DNA from: Wallemia ichthyophaga EXF-994
Lineage: Eukaryota > Fungi > Basidiomycota
Direction of reading: 5' to 3'
Assembly: GCF_000400465.1 (NCBI RefSeq)
Contig: NW_008806280.1
Coordinates: 20,001-268,000 of the forward strand
DNA length: 248,000 nt
Part shown: piece after piece, positions 112,001 to 125,166 of the stretch
How positions within the stretch are numbered: position 1 is the stretch's first letter
Layout of the letters: each line of letters opens with the position of its first letter
Notes under the pieces: model-generated
The model's database searches: none
Seen by the model: only the letters and a program-made list of their open reading frames with translations
Told to the model about the DNA's origin: nothing
Program-made: the position numbers and the translations under genes

Positions 112001-112129
112001 GGCGACGAGCGAGGACGTTCCCAGTCGCGTATAGATCTGGTCTTCGAGGAAGCGATCTCGCAAATAGCTGAGCACAGCTTCGTCAGACGTATCCCGTAGC
112101 TTTGATATATCGTCCATGGTCGTGGACAT
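106085..112129 (-). CDS. Class V chitin synthase with myosin motor-like domain
   Basis: NASRFGKY myosin head, cytochrome b5-like region, [19 protein letters not shown] tail. Confidence 0.93.
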
Positions 112130-112599
112130 GGTCGTCTTATCGATAAAAGCGCTTTTGCTAATCTGGCACTTGCGTCTTTGGCTGAAATCAAGAGGCTGTT
112201 CGAAGCCAAAAGGTTACGTAGGACATTCCAGTTGGAAATTTTTTTAGATTAGATTAAGTACAGGTATATAGGCGGAGGTGTATTATTCATTTGGTCACGT
112301 GCTGGAGCTGGCTCTGCCTCCAAATGCAGGATTCGGTTCGTCCTTTGTCTTGGTAAGCGACGCAGGCAGAAAGATAGCTTACGACGCACCTTCCTTATGG
112401 AGATTTTGATTCCCTGAGCGGCAAAGCACTGCAGCATGTGAGAGGAAGCCTGAATGGTATAAATTGATTACCTTTGACAGCGCAGTGCTGGACGTCATCC
112501 CCGGGAACCTGACACATGTAAGTGACGTGAAATTGAGCAATGAAACGCACTTCTTGGGCGAATAGACATGGAATTCGTTTGACATTGTTTGGGCTACGA

Positions 112600-113240
112600 T
112601 TGTCCTATTTTTATGTCCCACTATCAGCCTGGATTTGTGAGAAGATAAGACAGCGACAATATCCAACTCACGCTGCGATGTCCACAAGGCTAAACTGCAA
112701 CCTGAAGCTGTGTAAAGTCAACTTTGTGATTATATAATGCTCAGTACACAGCACTCACACGCCCTCCACGCGCACCGACAAATCCTAAGTTGAGTTAGAA
112801 ATGCACTAGCAGCTGACATGGACTGCACCTGGAAACAAAAAAAGATGCCGGGGTTGTTGTTGGTGTCCCTGAGCCTCATTCCCTCGGCTGTGAGGCTGCC
112901 GAGGAGATTCCGAATCGGAGTCTCTGAAGAGGTGTTTTGGTGGTGCGTGTTGGCGACTTGAGTGGCTGTGGATGAATTGAATACGTATGCACAAGATCGT
113001 AAGCCTTCAGAATCGAATATCTTGACCTGCACGAGCAAATGTTGTGGCGTGATGTCCCTGTCTGGCGTTAACTCGGAATCAAAGGAGGAGCTACGCACTG
113101 ATCAGGTATCTCAACCTCTGTGCCGCTCTCTAAAGTCTCGAAAGCCCGAACTTGGAGTACAGGCGGCGGATCTATCGGTCTCCTGTCCTTTTCGCCAAAG
113201 CCACACAATCTAGAGCGTATAGGCTGCTGTAAGATGTCTA
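112600..113240 (-). CDS. Velvet-domain protein
   Basis: RNLLGSL..GIFFCFQ.DLSVRVEG across exons. Confidence 0.75.
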
Positions 113241-113765
113241 GTGTGAATCTGATTGCATTGTTAGGCTTTAAATCTACTGGGTGCCCTGCTTACCGCACAG
113301 ATTTGCCTGCGAATTGACCATGACTGAAATTGTGCGTCATCGTCGACTTGAAAGCTTTAACAGCCACCGGATAAATGCATTTAAAATTATTTGCGTGGGA
113401 GATATTGTTTGCTGTTTGTATCGCCCTCCTCGCTGTCTTTAGATCTGCAGATCTTACTCGGAAGCATATACATTTCCTCAATCTGAAGATGAATAAAATC
113501 TAATTTACATATTTGGGCCATTCTTGTCATCAGAGAAATTCCATTTTATGCCCTGTACATCTTACTTTATCCCTTAACAACTCCCATCGAGGTTGACACA
113601 GCGCACTCCCACACGCTGAGCATTGCGGAAGAACGGAGCACCGAAGATGTGGATTATCGGGAACTATCGCCTATCGAGTCATTAGCCTTCTCGGAACGAT
113701 TAGGAAATGGCATCATCACACATACACAGCTGATCACTCGGCATTTCTCTTTCTCTAACAGCGAA

Positions 113766-115629
113766 CATGACAGCAAAAGAAGATAATGAATTTAATAAAG
113801 AAGTAAAGGAGTTGGAATCCTTCTTCAGCGTGTGTTATTTCTTTGATATCCCTGATTGGATTCCTAACGTCACACGCAGCTTCCACGCTTCAAAAATACA
113901 GTCAGGCCGTACGCGGCAGCGCAGGTGGTCAGCAAGCGCGGCACAATCACCCACCACTACCCTTCTGATCTTCTCGCAAAGAAGCTGTGGACAATCCTCG
114001 AGCAGAAAGCTAAGAGGGGCGATACGAGCCACACGTACGGTGCACTCGATCCAGTCCAAGTCACTCAAATGGCGAAATACCTCGAAACAGTTTATGTTAG
114101 TGGCTGGCAGTCCTCGTCCACTGCTTCCTCGACCAATGAGCCCGGTCCCGATCTCGCCGATGTGGGTGGCAGCTTTCTTAATACTCCCTCTTTACTAACC
114201 CATATAGTACCCGTACGACACCGTTCCTCGCAAGGTTGAGCACCTCTTCCAAGCGCAGCTCTTCCACGACAGGAAACAGAGACACCAGCGCAGCTTAACC
114301 TCAGCCAGCGAGCGCGGTCCGGCTGTTGACTATCTACGCCCTATAGTTGCAGACGCAGACACTGGCCACGGTGGTCTTTCAGCGACTATGAAATTGGCAA
114401 AGCTTTTTGTTGAGAAGGGTGCAGCTGGTATTCACATCGAAGACCAGGCTCCTGGAACCAAGAAATGTGGCCACATGGCAGGTAAAGTTTTGGTGTCAAT
114501 CCAGGAACAGATAAATCGTCTTATCGCCATCAGATTCCAGTTTGACATTATGGGCGTAACAAACCTCATCGTCTCGCGCACAGACTCTGAAGCTGCGACT
114601 TTGATTACCACCAATGTAGATGATCGTGATCACGCATTTATCCTTGGTGCCACCAATCCAAGTATCGGCTCCCTCGTAGATGTCATGCGTCAGGCCGAGC
114701 TGGCAGGTGCCATTGGTCCTGCTCTCGAGAAAGTCGAGAGTGATTGGGCTGCTCAAGCTGGATTAAAGAAGTACAGCGAGGCGCTTGCTGACGCACTTCG
114801 CCAGAACAACATTAACGAGAGAGTCATTAAAAATTTCTTGAACGAAGCACATTTCGCAAGTCGTCATAAAACCACTCAGCTCGCTCAAAAGGCAGGTCTT
114901 CCAACTACGGTTAGCGTCTTCTGGGATTGGGATGCTCCGCGTACACGTGAAGGCTACTACCGCTACCAGGGCGGCACACAGTGTGCGGTGAACAGAGCCA
115001 TAGCGTTTGCACCTTACTGCGATTTAATATGGATGGAGGTGAGTTAATTGGTTAGCAAAGAAGCCTTGCTAACGCTATACTCTAGACGAAAGACCCTAAG
115101 CTCGCACGGGCAAAAGAGTTCGCATCTGGCGTTAAAGCCGCTTATCCAGATCAATGGCTGGCTTATAACCTCTCTCCATCGTTCAATTGGGATGCCGCTG
115201 GTCTGAGCCCACGTGAAATGCAGGCCTTTGTTTGGGAGTTGGGTAAATTAGGTTACGTTTGGCAGTTTATCACTCTCGGCGGTCTTCATTCAAATGCTTA
115301 CATTTCAGACAACTTTGCAAAGCACTTTGCTACAGAGGGTATGAAAGCCTATGTAGAACAGATCCAAAGAAAGGAGCGTGAAATAGGGTGTGACGTTCTT
115401 ACTCACCAGAAGTGGTCAGGTGCTGAATATGTGAGTTTTGTTTCACGCAATGAGGTGTCCTTACAATTTCAACTCAGATCGACGACCTTCTCTCGACTAT
115501 TCAGGGTGGTGTTTCATCAACTGCTAGTATGGGCAAGGGTAACACTGAAGCACAGTGAGTAGTGTTAATCCTCACTTGTCAGCGAAGCAGCTAATATGAC
115601 GCAGATTCGCATTACCAGCTAAATTGTAG
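113766..115629 (+). CDS. ICL1: Isocitrate lyase with C-terminal PTS1 (AKL)
   Basis: [20 protein letters not shown]; last exon FALPAKL*. Confidence 0.93.
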
Positions 115630-115729
115630 CTGCTGACCAAGGGCTGACTGTAACGAAATGACTTATTCCTATTCTTTCATTATATATCTTTGTAAAAAAA
115701 AGTACATGATTCTTAGTTTGTCAGAGGAA

Positions 115730-116680
115730 ATGTAGTTGTCATTGTGGCAAATAACCTGCAAGCTCAGTCTGCAACCACTCCTCAAGATCTTTGTTTAGAG
115801 ATGGATCGGAAGTACGCTTATCAGCTATACCATGGCGTGCCCAAGGAATACCATACTGAATGAATCGTTAGGGAGTAAATCTTTTTAAAGCAGCTCAAAG
115901 CTTACTAAACCTTCTGTGTCTTTTTCCACAGTGCCAAGATACAGCTGAGTGAGCGAGCCTAGGCTGCTTGGATAGAGTATAAAGCTAGAGAAGAAGGCCT
116001 TCCAACCAGGTATACGCGTGTGTCTCCATAGCTCTGTTTGCAGTATACCGGGATGACAGCTGCTATGACTGACATTTACTTGCTGCTTGTTTAAGATATT
116101 GCTTATGACGGTATTACCAATTTTAGAATAACCGTACAAATCCCAAGTATTGATATTTGTGCTCCGTCTCAGATGGCCATCCTTAAGCAGATGGAAATCG
116201 ATACCTGTTTCATGTATGAAAAATGATTGCATAGCCGAAGAAGTGTGCACGACGCGCGCTTTTTCATTACGATAGTTGTTCTTGCTATAGTTGTCTAACG
116301 CAGGGTGGAGAAGAGTAGCGAGGAGATAGTGGGACATGACGTTAGTCTGAAACTGAATATCATAGCCTTGTTTGCTGAGCAGCTCGACTGGGGCAGCCAT
116401 GATTCCAGCATTGCAGAACAAAGCAGCTAGTTGAGTTTCTTTGTGCAAAAATTCGTGAGCTGCATTATTAACGGAATCGAAATCCGAAAGGTCAACAAGA
116501 AAGGGTTGGGCTGTCTTGCCAGTTTCATTGCGCAATTCATCAATCACGCTTTCGATCTTGGATTTATTCCTGCCACCGATGTAAACGTCGGCGTTATGGT
116601 GGAGTAGCGCGCGTGCAGTATCCTTGCCTATACCTGAAGAAGCGCCTGTTACTGTATATTGTAAAATTAGTAGTACTCAT
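115730..116680 (-). CDS. Short-chain dehydrogenase/reductase
   Basis: TGASSGIGKDTA, CNAGIMA, YGYSK. Confidence 0.85.
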
Positions 116681-116999
116681 GGTTTAATACGCGCTAGACT
116701 GACCGATGATAGTCTTGTCGGTGAGATCGGGGATATCAGCATCTGTCCAAGTGGGCGATGGCGGGAATGTTTGTGTGTATAGATTGAATAAACCGCGTGG
116801 TAGCGTCGATGAGAGTATCCAGTCAAGCATCCTGCCAATTGCGTCTGATGATCGTTGGTAAGGACAAATAGAGAATCTATTAAAGCGTGAGCGTGTGAAT
116901 TACTCATATATCACTGATATTTATACACATCTCAATAAAAATTTACACTTCACGGAAATCTGAAGTCAAGAAGACAGATCTCATCAAGATACGCTCAAC

Positions 117000-119900
117000 A
117001 TGTCCACATTAGAGTTATACTGGCCTCTAGCGTCTAATAAAACATCAGAGCGACTTCAAGCCAGCTCAGACCTGATAAATTTATTGAACAAATTCCAACA
117101 AGATTTTAAGCCTGCAGATGAAGATAGGGATGGCGAGGAGAGCGATCACAGCGAGCCCAGCGATCAAGAAGAAGACACTGTTGATAAAAACCAGAAATCT
117201 GTTATCAAACGTATTGAAAAGTGGATTGAGAAGCATCACGCTCCAGATGTTTCATATGCAATCAAACGATTGATTAGAGGTTTGGCTTCACCAAGGGAAT
117301 CATCTAGATTGGGATTCGCTGTGACACTTACGCAGGTGAGAATTCTTTCATTTCCCCGAATAATCCTATTCACCCTCCTCAGCTTCTCTCAAATCTGCCT
117401 TTGCTCACCGTCGCGCATGTACTTCCGTTGATTAAGCACCACACTACCCCAGTTGGAAACGTTAAAGGCTCAGAAGAGAGAGACCTCATCTTTGGTAGAT
117501 TGTTTGGTATACAGGCAATCATCGAATCTGGTTTGATTAGCAGATCGACAACGACGCCGGATGATTTCAAGGAAACGATTAGAAATGTGACAGACCTTGG
117601 TAAGAATAAGGTCTGGTTGAAGGAGGCTACAGGATGGACTACCCTTAATGGCTTAAAAGAAGTCACCGAGAAGAATGTCAGCTGGTTGAACCAAGCAATC
117701 ACCAATTCACTCGATATTCTTTTTACTGGTGACGAGAAAGAAATTTGGGGTCCTGAGAAAGTTGGTATTCTTCTCTGGTTACAGTCAACGCATAGCGTAA
117801 GTTTGTCTGTTTCATTTGTTTCATGTTAACATGAGTCTAGGATATCGATTATTCTGAATACGTACAACCTATCTTCAAAAACCCTTTGCCTCTTGCTCCT
117901 CAAAATCTATCTGTTCTCGCTCGTATTCTTAGAGAAACTTCTATCGATGCAGAGAAGGCTACTTCCGGTTCAGGCGTATGGAAACCACAATTACACTGGG
118001 TCTGGCCTCAAATTCTCGACATATACTTCACTAGTGATAACCAAGCTTTCAAACCGCGCGCTTCATTCCAAGACTTCTATAGAATATGCATTGACGAATC
118101 ATTATTCCAAACCAACGCATCACCTCAGCGCAAATACTGGGGCTTTTCAGTCTTCGCTTTGGCCTTGCCACGCCTCACCAATGAGGACCTTGGTGCATTA
118201 TTCACTCCCAACTTCATGCGTACATGGATCAACAACCTTCGCGGTGAAGACAGAGTGTTGCACAAGGCTGCACTGAGAATAGCACAAGATCTGCAACCAC
118301 TCATCGCTCAGAATCCAAAGCTGGGATTACCTCTGATCTTGCAGCTCCTTGGCAAGCATGGCAGTGCAAACTTTGACAAATTGACGGGAACCAAGACTGT
118401 AGCCAACATTTTGTCATCCATGACTACTGACGGTGTCAGTGAGTATGTTGGATACTTGCGCTCATTTATTCAAGGCGAAACGAGCGATGTTAAGCAGCGC
118501 AAATGGGCTTTAGATCAATTACTTTCCCTTATTCGAAACTCTCAAATACCGCATGACGACGAGTGGGTTTGGAGTGCATTGGAGTGCTTCGTACTCAATG
118601 GTATCTTTGTTCCTCGCAAGCCGTCATCTAAATCAAAGCATGACGTACTCAAAAACCCACCACAACCTCCACTTTCAGACACGGATAGAGCTGCTGCTCG
118701 TTCACACCTTTTATCATCTCTTGCAGAACTCTCAAAAACACCAGACAGCAAGAAGCAACTGGGTGTAGACAAGAATGGTGATTTATGGGTGAAAAGAGTA
118801 TATGACTTTATTCAAAGTATTGAAAGCGAAAAGAACGTCATTACTGCTGTTCAATATGAGGAGGAAGTTTTAATAGCACGTAAAACCGCACTTGACAGTT
118901 TCAGCAATGTTAACAAGAAAGGCAAAGCACCTGAAACTCGTCACCACGCCTTTAGTCTATTGTTACTCAGTGTAGTACTCCAATCATACGATAACATGGA
119001 AGGTATATCGGATGTCCTTGACGAGTTGGCCAGTGCATCTTCCATGCTCTTCACCGTCAAGTCACCAAAGAAGAACAATAGTAAGCAACAAGAAAATGAA
119101 GATGGCGAGGAACCATCAGCAATGGCTGTTCTTGTCGATGTGCTTGTCTCTTTGCTTGAACGCTCATCATCATTTTTGCGCACAATGGCTATCAACGCAT
119201 TCACTGCATTCACACCAGAAGTCGACGAAGAGGCTTTGGATATGATTATCGCTCAGCTCTCCTCACAACCTGATGGTGAAGGTGAAGGTGAAGACGGTGA
119301 AGAGGAGAATGAAGAGATGGGAGACGATGAAAAAGGGGAGGAAGGGGAAGAAAGTGACTCTGAAAACGCTAAAGATGCTCAAGATGAAGTGGCTTCGGAT
119401 GTGAGTGACGACGATAAAGAGGACGACATCAACGAAGCTGTTGATCCAGAATTCGAACGCAAGTTGGCCAAAGCACTAGGTCAGCCAGTGTCAGACGATG
119501 AGGATGAAGAGATGGTTGATGAAGATGAAGATGGTGACGCTGTTGACAATGTTGACAACATGACGGATGAGCAGATGATGATGTTGGATGAGCAGCTGGC
119601 TGAGATATTTAAATCTAGAGTCGGCGATAAGAAGGCGAAGGAAGGGGCACAACGTGAAGCTCAACATACCAAGAACAGGCTCATAGATTTATTGGATGTT
119701 TACGCCAAGAAGCAGTCTTCAAATGCGTTGGTATTGAAGTTGATTATTCCGCTGGTAGAGATAATTGTCAATTCTGGTGCAACTGAGCAGCAGTTATCGT
119801 CCAAGTCCTCGGCTATTCTGAGACAACGTCTCACTAAATCGAAGGATATTCCAACAACAAACATCAACGAAGATGACTTGCTGGTCATATTCGAAGAAAT

Positions 119901-120688
119901 GCACAACGTCGCAAAGAAGTCAAGGACGAATGAGATTCTATCACTATGCAACCAATTGTCGCTGTACTTGTTCAGGATCATCACTTTCAATTATAGTGGC
120001 GCAGTTGCTGAATCGAAAGCCAAAGAAGTTTACATCTCAAGCTGGCAAGATTTCAGTAATAGAAAACACACAAAATTGAATCCAAGCGTGTTCACTGATT
120101 ATATACGCCGCTATCCAACCCAGTCGCTTAGTCTGCTTGATGAACTAGTTCAGACTGTCGTCGATGGCAAAGCTACAAATGCATATAGACAAATCCAAGC
120201 GTTGACGATGCTTCAAACCCTCTTTGGTCAACATAAGCAGTTGGTAAGTATTTTAATCAACGCTACTACTTTACTAACAGCTTCTTAAGATGGATGCTGG
120301 TAAGAAAGACGACATACTCGCATCAATTCCAAAGATCAGACAGGGCATATACTCATTCATCGCCACATCTTGCGAGTCAAAGGATAAGACAAACGCAAGC
120401 AAGCTGAAGGATGTCCTCAAGTCTGCACTGGCTTTGGTAAGGGTACACAAGAAGATAACGGATGAAAAAATAGAAGACGAATGGGATTTGACGACATTGC
120501 AGTCAATCGTCACCACCTTGGGCTCAATTGATAAGTTCAAGGGCGTGCAATCTCTAGCACAGCAACTGAGTGCTTTGATAACTCAATCAACATCCACCTC
120601 CAAAACTTCATCCAAGAAACGTAAGTCAAGCGGTAATGGCACGACTGAGCCGGAGCAGTCTGTCAAGAAGAACAAACAGAAACAGTAA
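117000..120688 (+). CDS. POL5: Pol5/MYBBP1A rRNA biogenesis factor
   Basis: YAIKRLIRGLASPRESSRLGF; acidic tract. Confidence 0.85.
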
Positions 120689-120769
120689 AAGTTTCATAAT
120701 AGAGAACCTGTTGGTATAAAGATATAAAATTATTAAAGTCGTAAAAAAATGTACAACTAATATTCATTA

Positions 120770-123700
120770 TTTATCCGAGTGTCGCAATGCTGCATCAGGT
120801 GAATGGATTAGGATGTACTCGTTCCTTGGCGAGTTGGTCGAGTTGTCGTCTATACTCCCTGTCCTCTTCCTCTTGTCGTTGCTGAGCGAATATTAGTAAA
120901 CTATAATGGTATTCAAGACGACACTAACCAATCGTTCAGCAGCTTGTTGTTCTCTGTGTTGCTCACGCAGCCTTTCGCGCTCGTCTATATAAGTAAGAAA
121001 CCCAGTCTTAGATCTTGACTCAGTCGTGAGATGTATGTCAGTTGGTTGAGTTTCCGTGTATTGCTCTCTTGCCGCTTTCTTCCGTCTCTCAAACTGCTCT
121101 TTAGACTCTGCGTGCAACTCCTTAAAGTTTGGCATCTCAGTACTGCGAAACTCTTTCTGATCCTTCTCGAACTGTCGCCATTGTTTGACTCTACTTTGAA
121201 ATCGTTCAGAATGTAACTGATGCCTATGATCTGAGTGAAGACCAATTGTGTTTTGCTCAATGTTAGTTATAAGATTGGGCGTCATAGATCGTCTCTTTTT
121301 CTCCCGCTGCTCTTCTAGTCGTCTTATAGACTCTAGACGATGTGTCTTGTTGGGTGATGGGAAGACGTGATTGCGTTTGCGACGCTTGCTGGGTGAGAGA
121401 AGAGATGCAGATGTAGATGGAGCAGCACGTTTTAACGTCGAAGCATATTCTTGTTGCCGCTCTCGCGCAGTCTTGCCATCTACTTTGAGAGGACTGTTAC
121501 TTGACATAGTGGGTATAATACGCCGAGAGCGTGTATTCCTGTTAATGAACGGCGAAGACTGATGTGATTTCTGAGCGACTGTTAGTGTGATGTGTAGTGT
121601 AGAGTATTGCTTACTTTGATTGGTGATTTAGTCTTACGTGCACGTGGACCACCTGTAGCGAAATTGAATGCAACTGGTACAGTTGTCTTGTTTTGGCTTC
121701 TTTGAGCGTCTCGTTGGCGTCTGGCGAAGAGATCGTCTTTGTTGGTAGGAGATGGTGGCCGAGGCGCATCTGTAGCCTTTCGCTTCCCTTTGTTGGAAGA
121801 TATGGATTTTGTGTCATTTGGTGCGGATCGTGAATTATTCTTGCTTTTAGTAGCTTGACGTGATTCTCTGTCTATGCGTGTCGCTCTCCGATTCCCGTTA
121901 CTGGAACTAGCGCCATTCTCCTCCGCCTCGTCGATAAGTATACCAAGCTGGGCCATGACTTCTTCGCGCTCTATATGCTCCTTAGAAAGTCTATACTCCT
122001 CTTCACGAGTAGATTTCTCCAACTCTTCCGCTCTCTCACGCGCGAGCTCAACGCCTCTCGCCTTTTGCTTTGCTACCTTAGCCTCGCGTTTTTTGCCAGC
122101 ATCGCCGCGCTCGTGCGTTTGCTGCTGCTGTTGATTTCTCCGGAGCTGCTCACGTCGATTCTTTTGTTCTTCCTCGACAGTCACTGCTTCCCTCTGTGAG
122201 CGATTTTCTTCACGTTTCTTCACCAGCTCTTCGCGCTCCAATTTAGTTTTCTCTTCCTGCCTCTTCCTCCTCTCCTGCTCGCGTGTGGCACGCTCTTTGG
122301 AAAGCCTAGCAGCCTCTTCTTCACGCTTTTTGGAGAGCACAGCCTCCTCTCTTTCTTTGCGCTCCTGCCTTTGTCTTATGCCGTGTTGCTTAGCTGCGCG
122401 TATAGCCTCTTCTTGGCGATGCTTGGCGGCCTTTGTAGCCTGTTCGCGCTCATTTGCAAGTCTAGCAAAATGCCGTTCTTTTTCTAACCGTGCTTCTTCC
122501 TCTGCCTTCTGTTTGGTGATTCTGGCTTCTTTGTCGGCTTTCTCTTTAGCCAATATGGCGAGATGGCGATCTTTTTCGTCGCGTGCCTTTTTATCTGCTA
122601 TTTCTGTAGCGATTCGAGCCTCTTCATCGGATTTTTCTTTCGCTAGTCTTGCAAGATGACGTTCTCTCTCAATGCGTGCTTCCTCTTCTGCTTTTTGTTC
122701 GGCAATTTGTGCAAGTCTGGCCTGTTCGTCTCTTTCTTTCTCTAGTCTGGCGAGATGACGTTCTCTTTCAATGCGTGCTTCTTCTTCGGCTCTTTCTTGG
122801 GCGATTTGCGCTAGCCTAACTTGTTCATCTCTTTCTTTCGCTAGCCTCGCAAGATGAAGTTCTCTTTCAACGCGTGCATCTTCGTCAGCTTTCTCTTTCG
122901 CTAGTCTCGCAAGATGACGTTCTCTCTCAATGCGTGATTCCTCTTCTGCCTTTTGTTTGGCGATTTGCGCTAGTCTGGCTTCTTCGTCAACCTTTTCTTT
123001 CGCCAATCTGGCGAGATGTCGTTCTTTCTCAAGGTATGCTTCTTTCTCTGCAATTTCTTTAGCGATTCTTGCCTCAAGTTGCTCTTTTTCCTTTCTTTCT
123101 TGATCACGCTGTTTTTTTTCCCTAGCCTCTATCTCACGTTCTTCTTTCTCCTTAGCTTCAGTTTCTCTCTTACGTCTGGTGTCCTCTTTCTTGCGTTCCT
123201 CATTTGCGACTTTCTCAGCTTCGACTTTAGCAGCTTCGACTTTAGCAGCGTGTTCCAATTTAGCTGATCTAGCTTGACGAATTTCTTCTCTCTTTTTAGC
123301 CGCCTCTTCGCGTTTTCTAGCAGCTTCGCGCTGATTAGCGATTCGCTCAGCATCCAAGCGTTGAGCAAGTTCTTTATCTGCCAACTCTTTCTCAGCTTTA
123401 GCATCAGCTTCGATTCTCTCACGATCGATACGTTCAGTTTCGCGACGTTGAGCAGCTTCGACGCGTCTACGCGCTGCGTTATCTCTCTCCTCCTTCTCCT
123501 GTCTTTTACGTTCATTTTCTATACGCTCAGCCTCAGCTCTAGCTGCCATTTCTCGTGCTAGACGTGCCTCTTCACGTCGTCTGTTCGATTCAGCACGCTC
123601 AAGACGGAATTTCTCCTGCTCGGCGCGTGCCGCGTGAGCCTTTTCAGTGGCTATTCGTTGTAGACGGGCTTGTTCAGCAGATGCGTTTGCTTCTTGTTCT

Positions 123701-124137
123701 TTTTCTTTCTCGTCTGCCTGCCTCTGTCGGACTGCTTCTGCATCTGCTTCGGCCTCTTCTGCTGCTAAACGCGCCATATGCTCCTCTTTGGCTTTGCGGA
123801 TAGCGTCTTCTTTGTGTCGAGCTGCAGGTGGGGATTCATTTTCAGACTGCTGATTGATACGCGCTTTGGCAGCGTCGAGTACCAAATCGACGCGACTGGG
123901 GGTGTGTTTGGAGGGAGAAAGGCGTGTAGAGTGGCGCGTGGAAGAAGGTCTATTGACTGGTTGAAAGACATCTGGTCTCTTAACAGGGGATGCATTATTC
124001 CTCAGTCTGTGTTGACGCTTTGGTGATCTTGTAGAGACAGTTGGGCTGTTTAAGAGGTTATTATTCAAGCCATTGAAGGTGGTATCTAAAAGATTATCCT
124101 CATTATTATTCAACTCGAGGTTAATCGATTGATCCAT
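120770..124137 (-). CDS. Long coiled-coil protein with internal tandem repeats and TPX2-like C-terminal motifs
   Basis: Repeats of ERERHLARLAKE; TVPVAFNFAT; MPNFKELH. Confidence 0.55.
122560..123060 (-). repeat. Coding tandem repeat (ERERHLARLAKEK-type units)
   Basis: GAGATGACGTTCTCT(C/T)TCAATGCGTG-like unit recurs several times. Confidence 0.8.
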
Positions 124138-124228
124138 ATGATTGTTGGTGATAAACAGAACAATTTAATAGAGACGACCCTTGAATATTATAAGTGTAGC
124201 TCACTATTATTCTTAATCACCGCCCATC

Positions 124229-125110
124229 ATGACCGACTCCAGTAAATACCGCTCCTTCTCAATCAACGCCGATCTACTAACCCAGTACAGCGTACGCCTA
124301 TATAAATCCACATCAGTCATTCGGTATGTCTGATTATAAGCCTAGCAATGTAAAATGTTAGTTAGTTACGCCCTTTCCAACTACCCTGACAACCCGCAGC
124401 GTTTCGAAAGAGACAGAGAGGTGGCCTAATCAGAGGGACGATCATTGGATTGATATTCAGATGGATCTTCTGTGTGCTAATACTCGGGATAGTCATCGCT
124501 AGTGTGTTATAGTCTGATTACACAGTCACTCCTCTTACCCTCCTCAGTCGGCATAATCGCCACAATCGTTCTTTACGTAAAGCCACCAAATTTAGCCTTC
124601 TTGGGCGTTGAGGAGCCAAATAATGGCAGTACCGTATCCGCTATCAACAACGCATTGAGCATAAACTTCGATTTGCAGATTCAAGTCGATAACCCAAACA
124701 CCTTCGACATCACATTCAACGAACTCTACGCACAGCTCTTCTGGGGTGCTACTAACATCTCTATTGGCTATGGCAGAGTTGAGAATATCGATATTCGCAG
124801 TGAGAACACCACAAATTTCAGATACCCGTTCCATATCGTCTATAAGGCTAGCTATGATCCTAATAGACAAGTCCTTGGTGGTTTACTTGACTCATGCGGT
124901 CTCACAGATCCTAACAGCAAGCCTCCAATCGACATCCAATACGATCTCGATATCGACGTAAAAGCTCTTTCCGTAAATATCAAACAGACCATCAGCAATT
125001 CCATGTCTGTCACCTGCCCTGGCTTCAGTGAAAGCATGCTACAGGATGCTGTTGGCGATACTATCTCGGTAGATGTTTTGGTGGATGAGTTGACTAGAAA
125101 TCAACGCTAG
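124229..125110 (+). CDS. Single-TM LEA_2-like protein
   Basis: TM then VKPP..IQVDNPNTFDI. Confidence 0.55.
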
Positions 125111-125166
125111 CTTTGTTAGCTCTTACTTGATTTATTTATTTCTATTAATAATGATAATGCATACGT

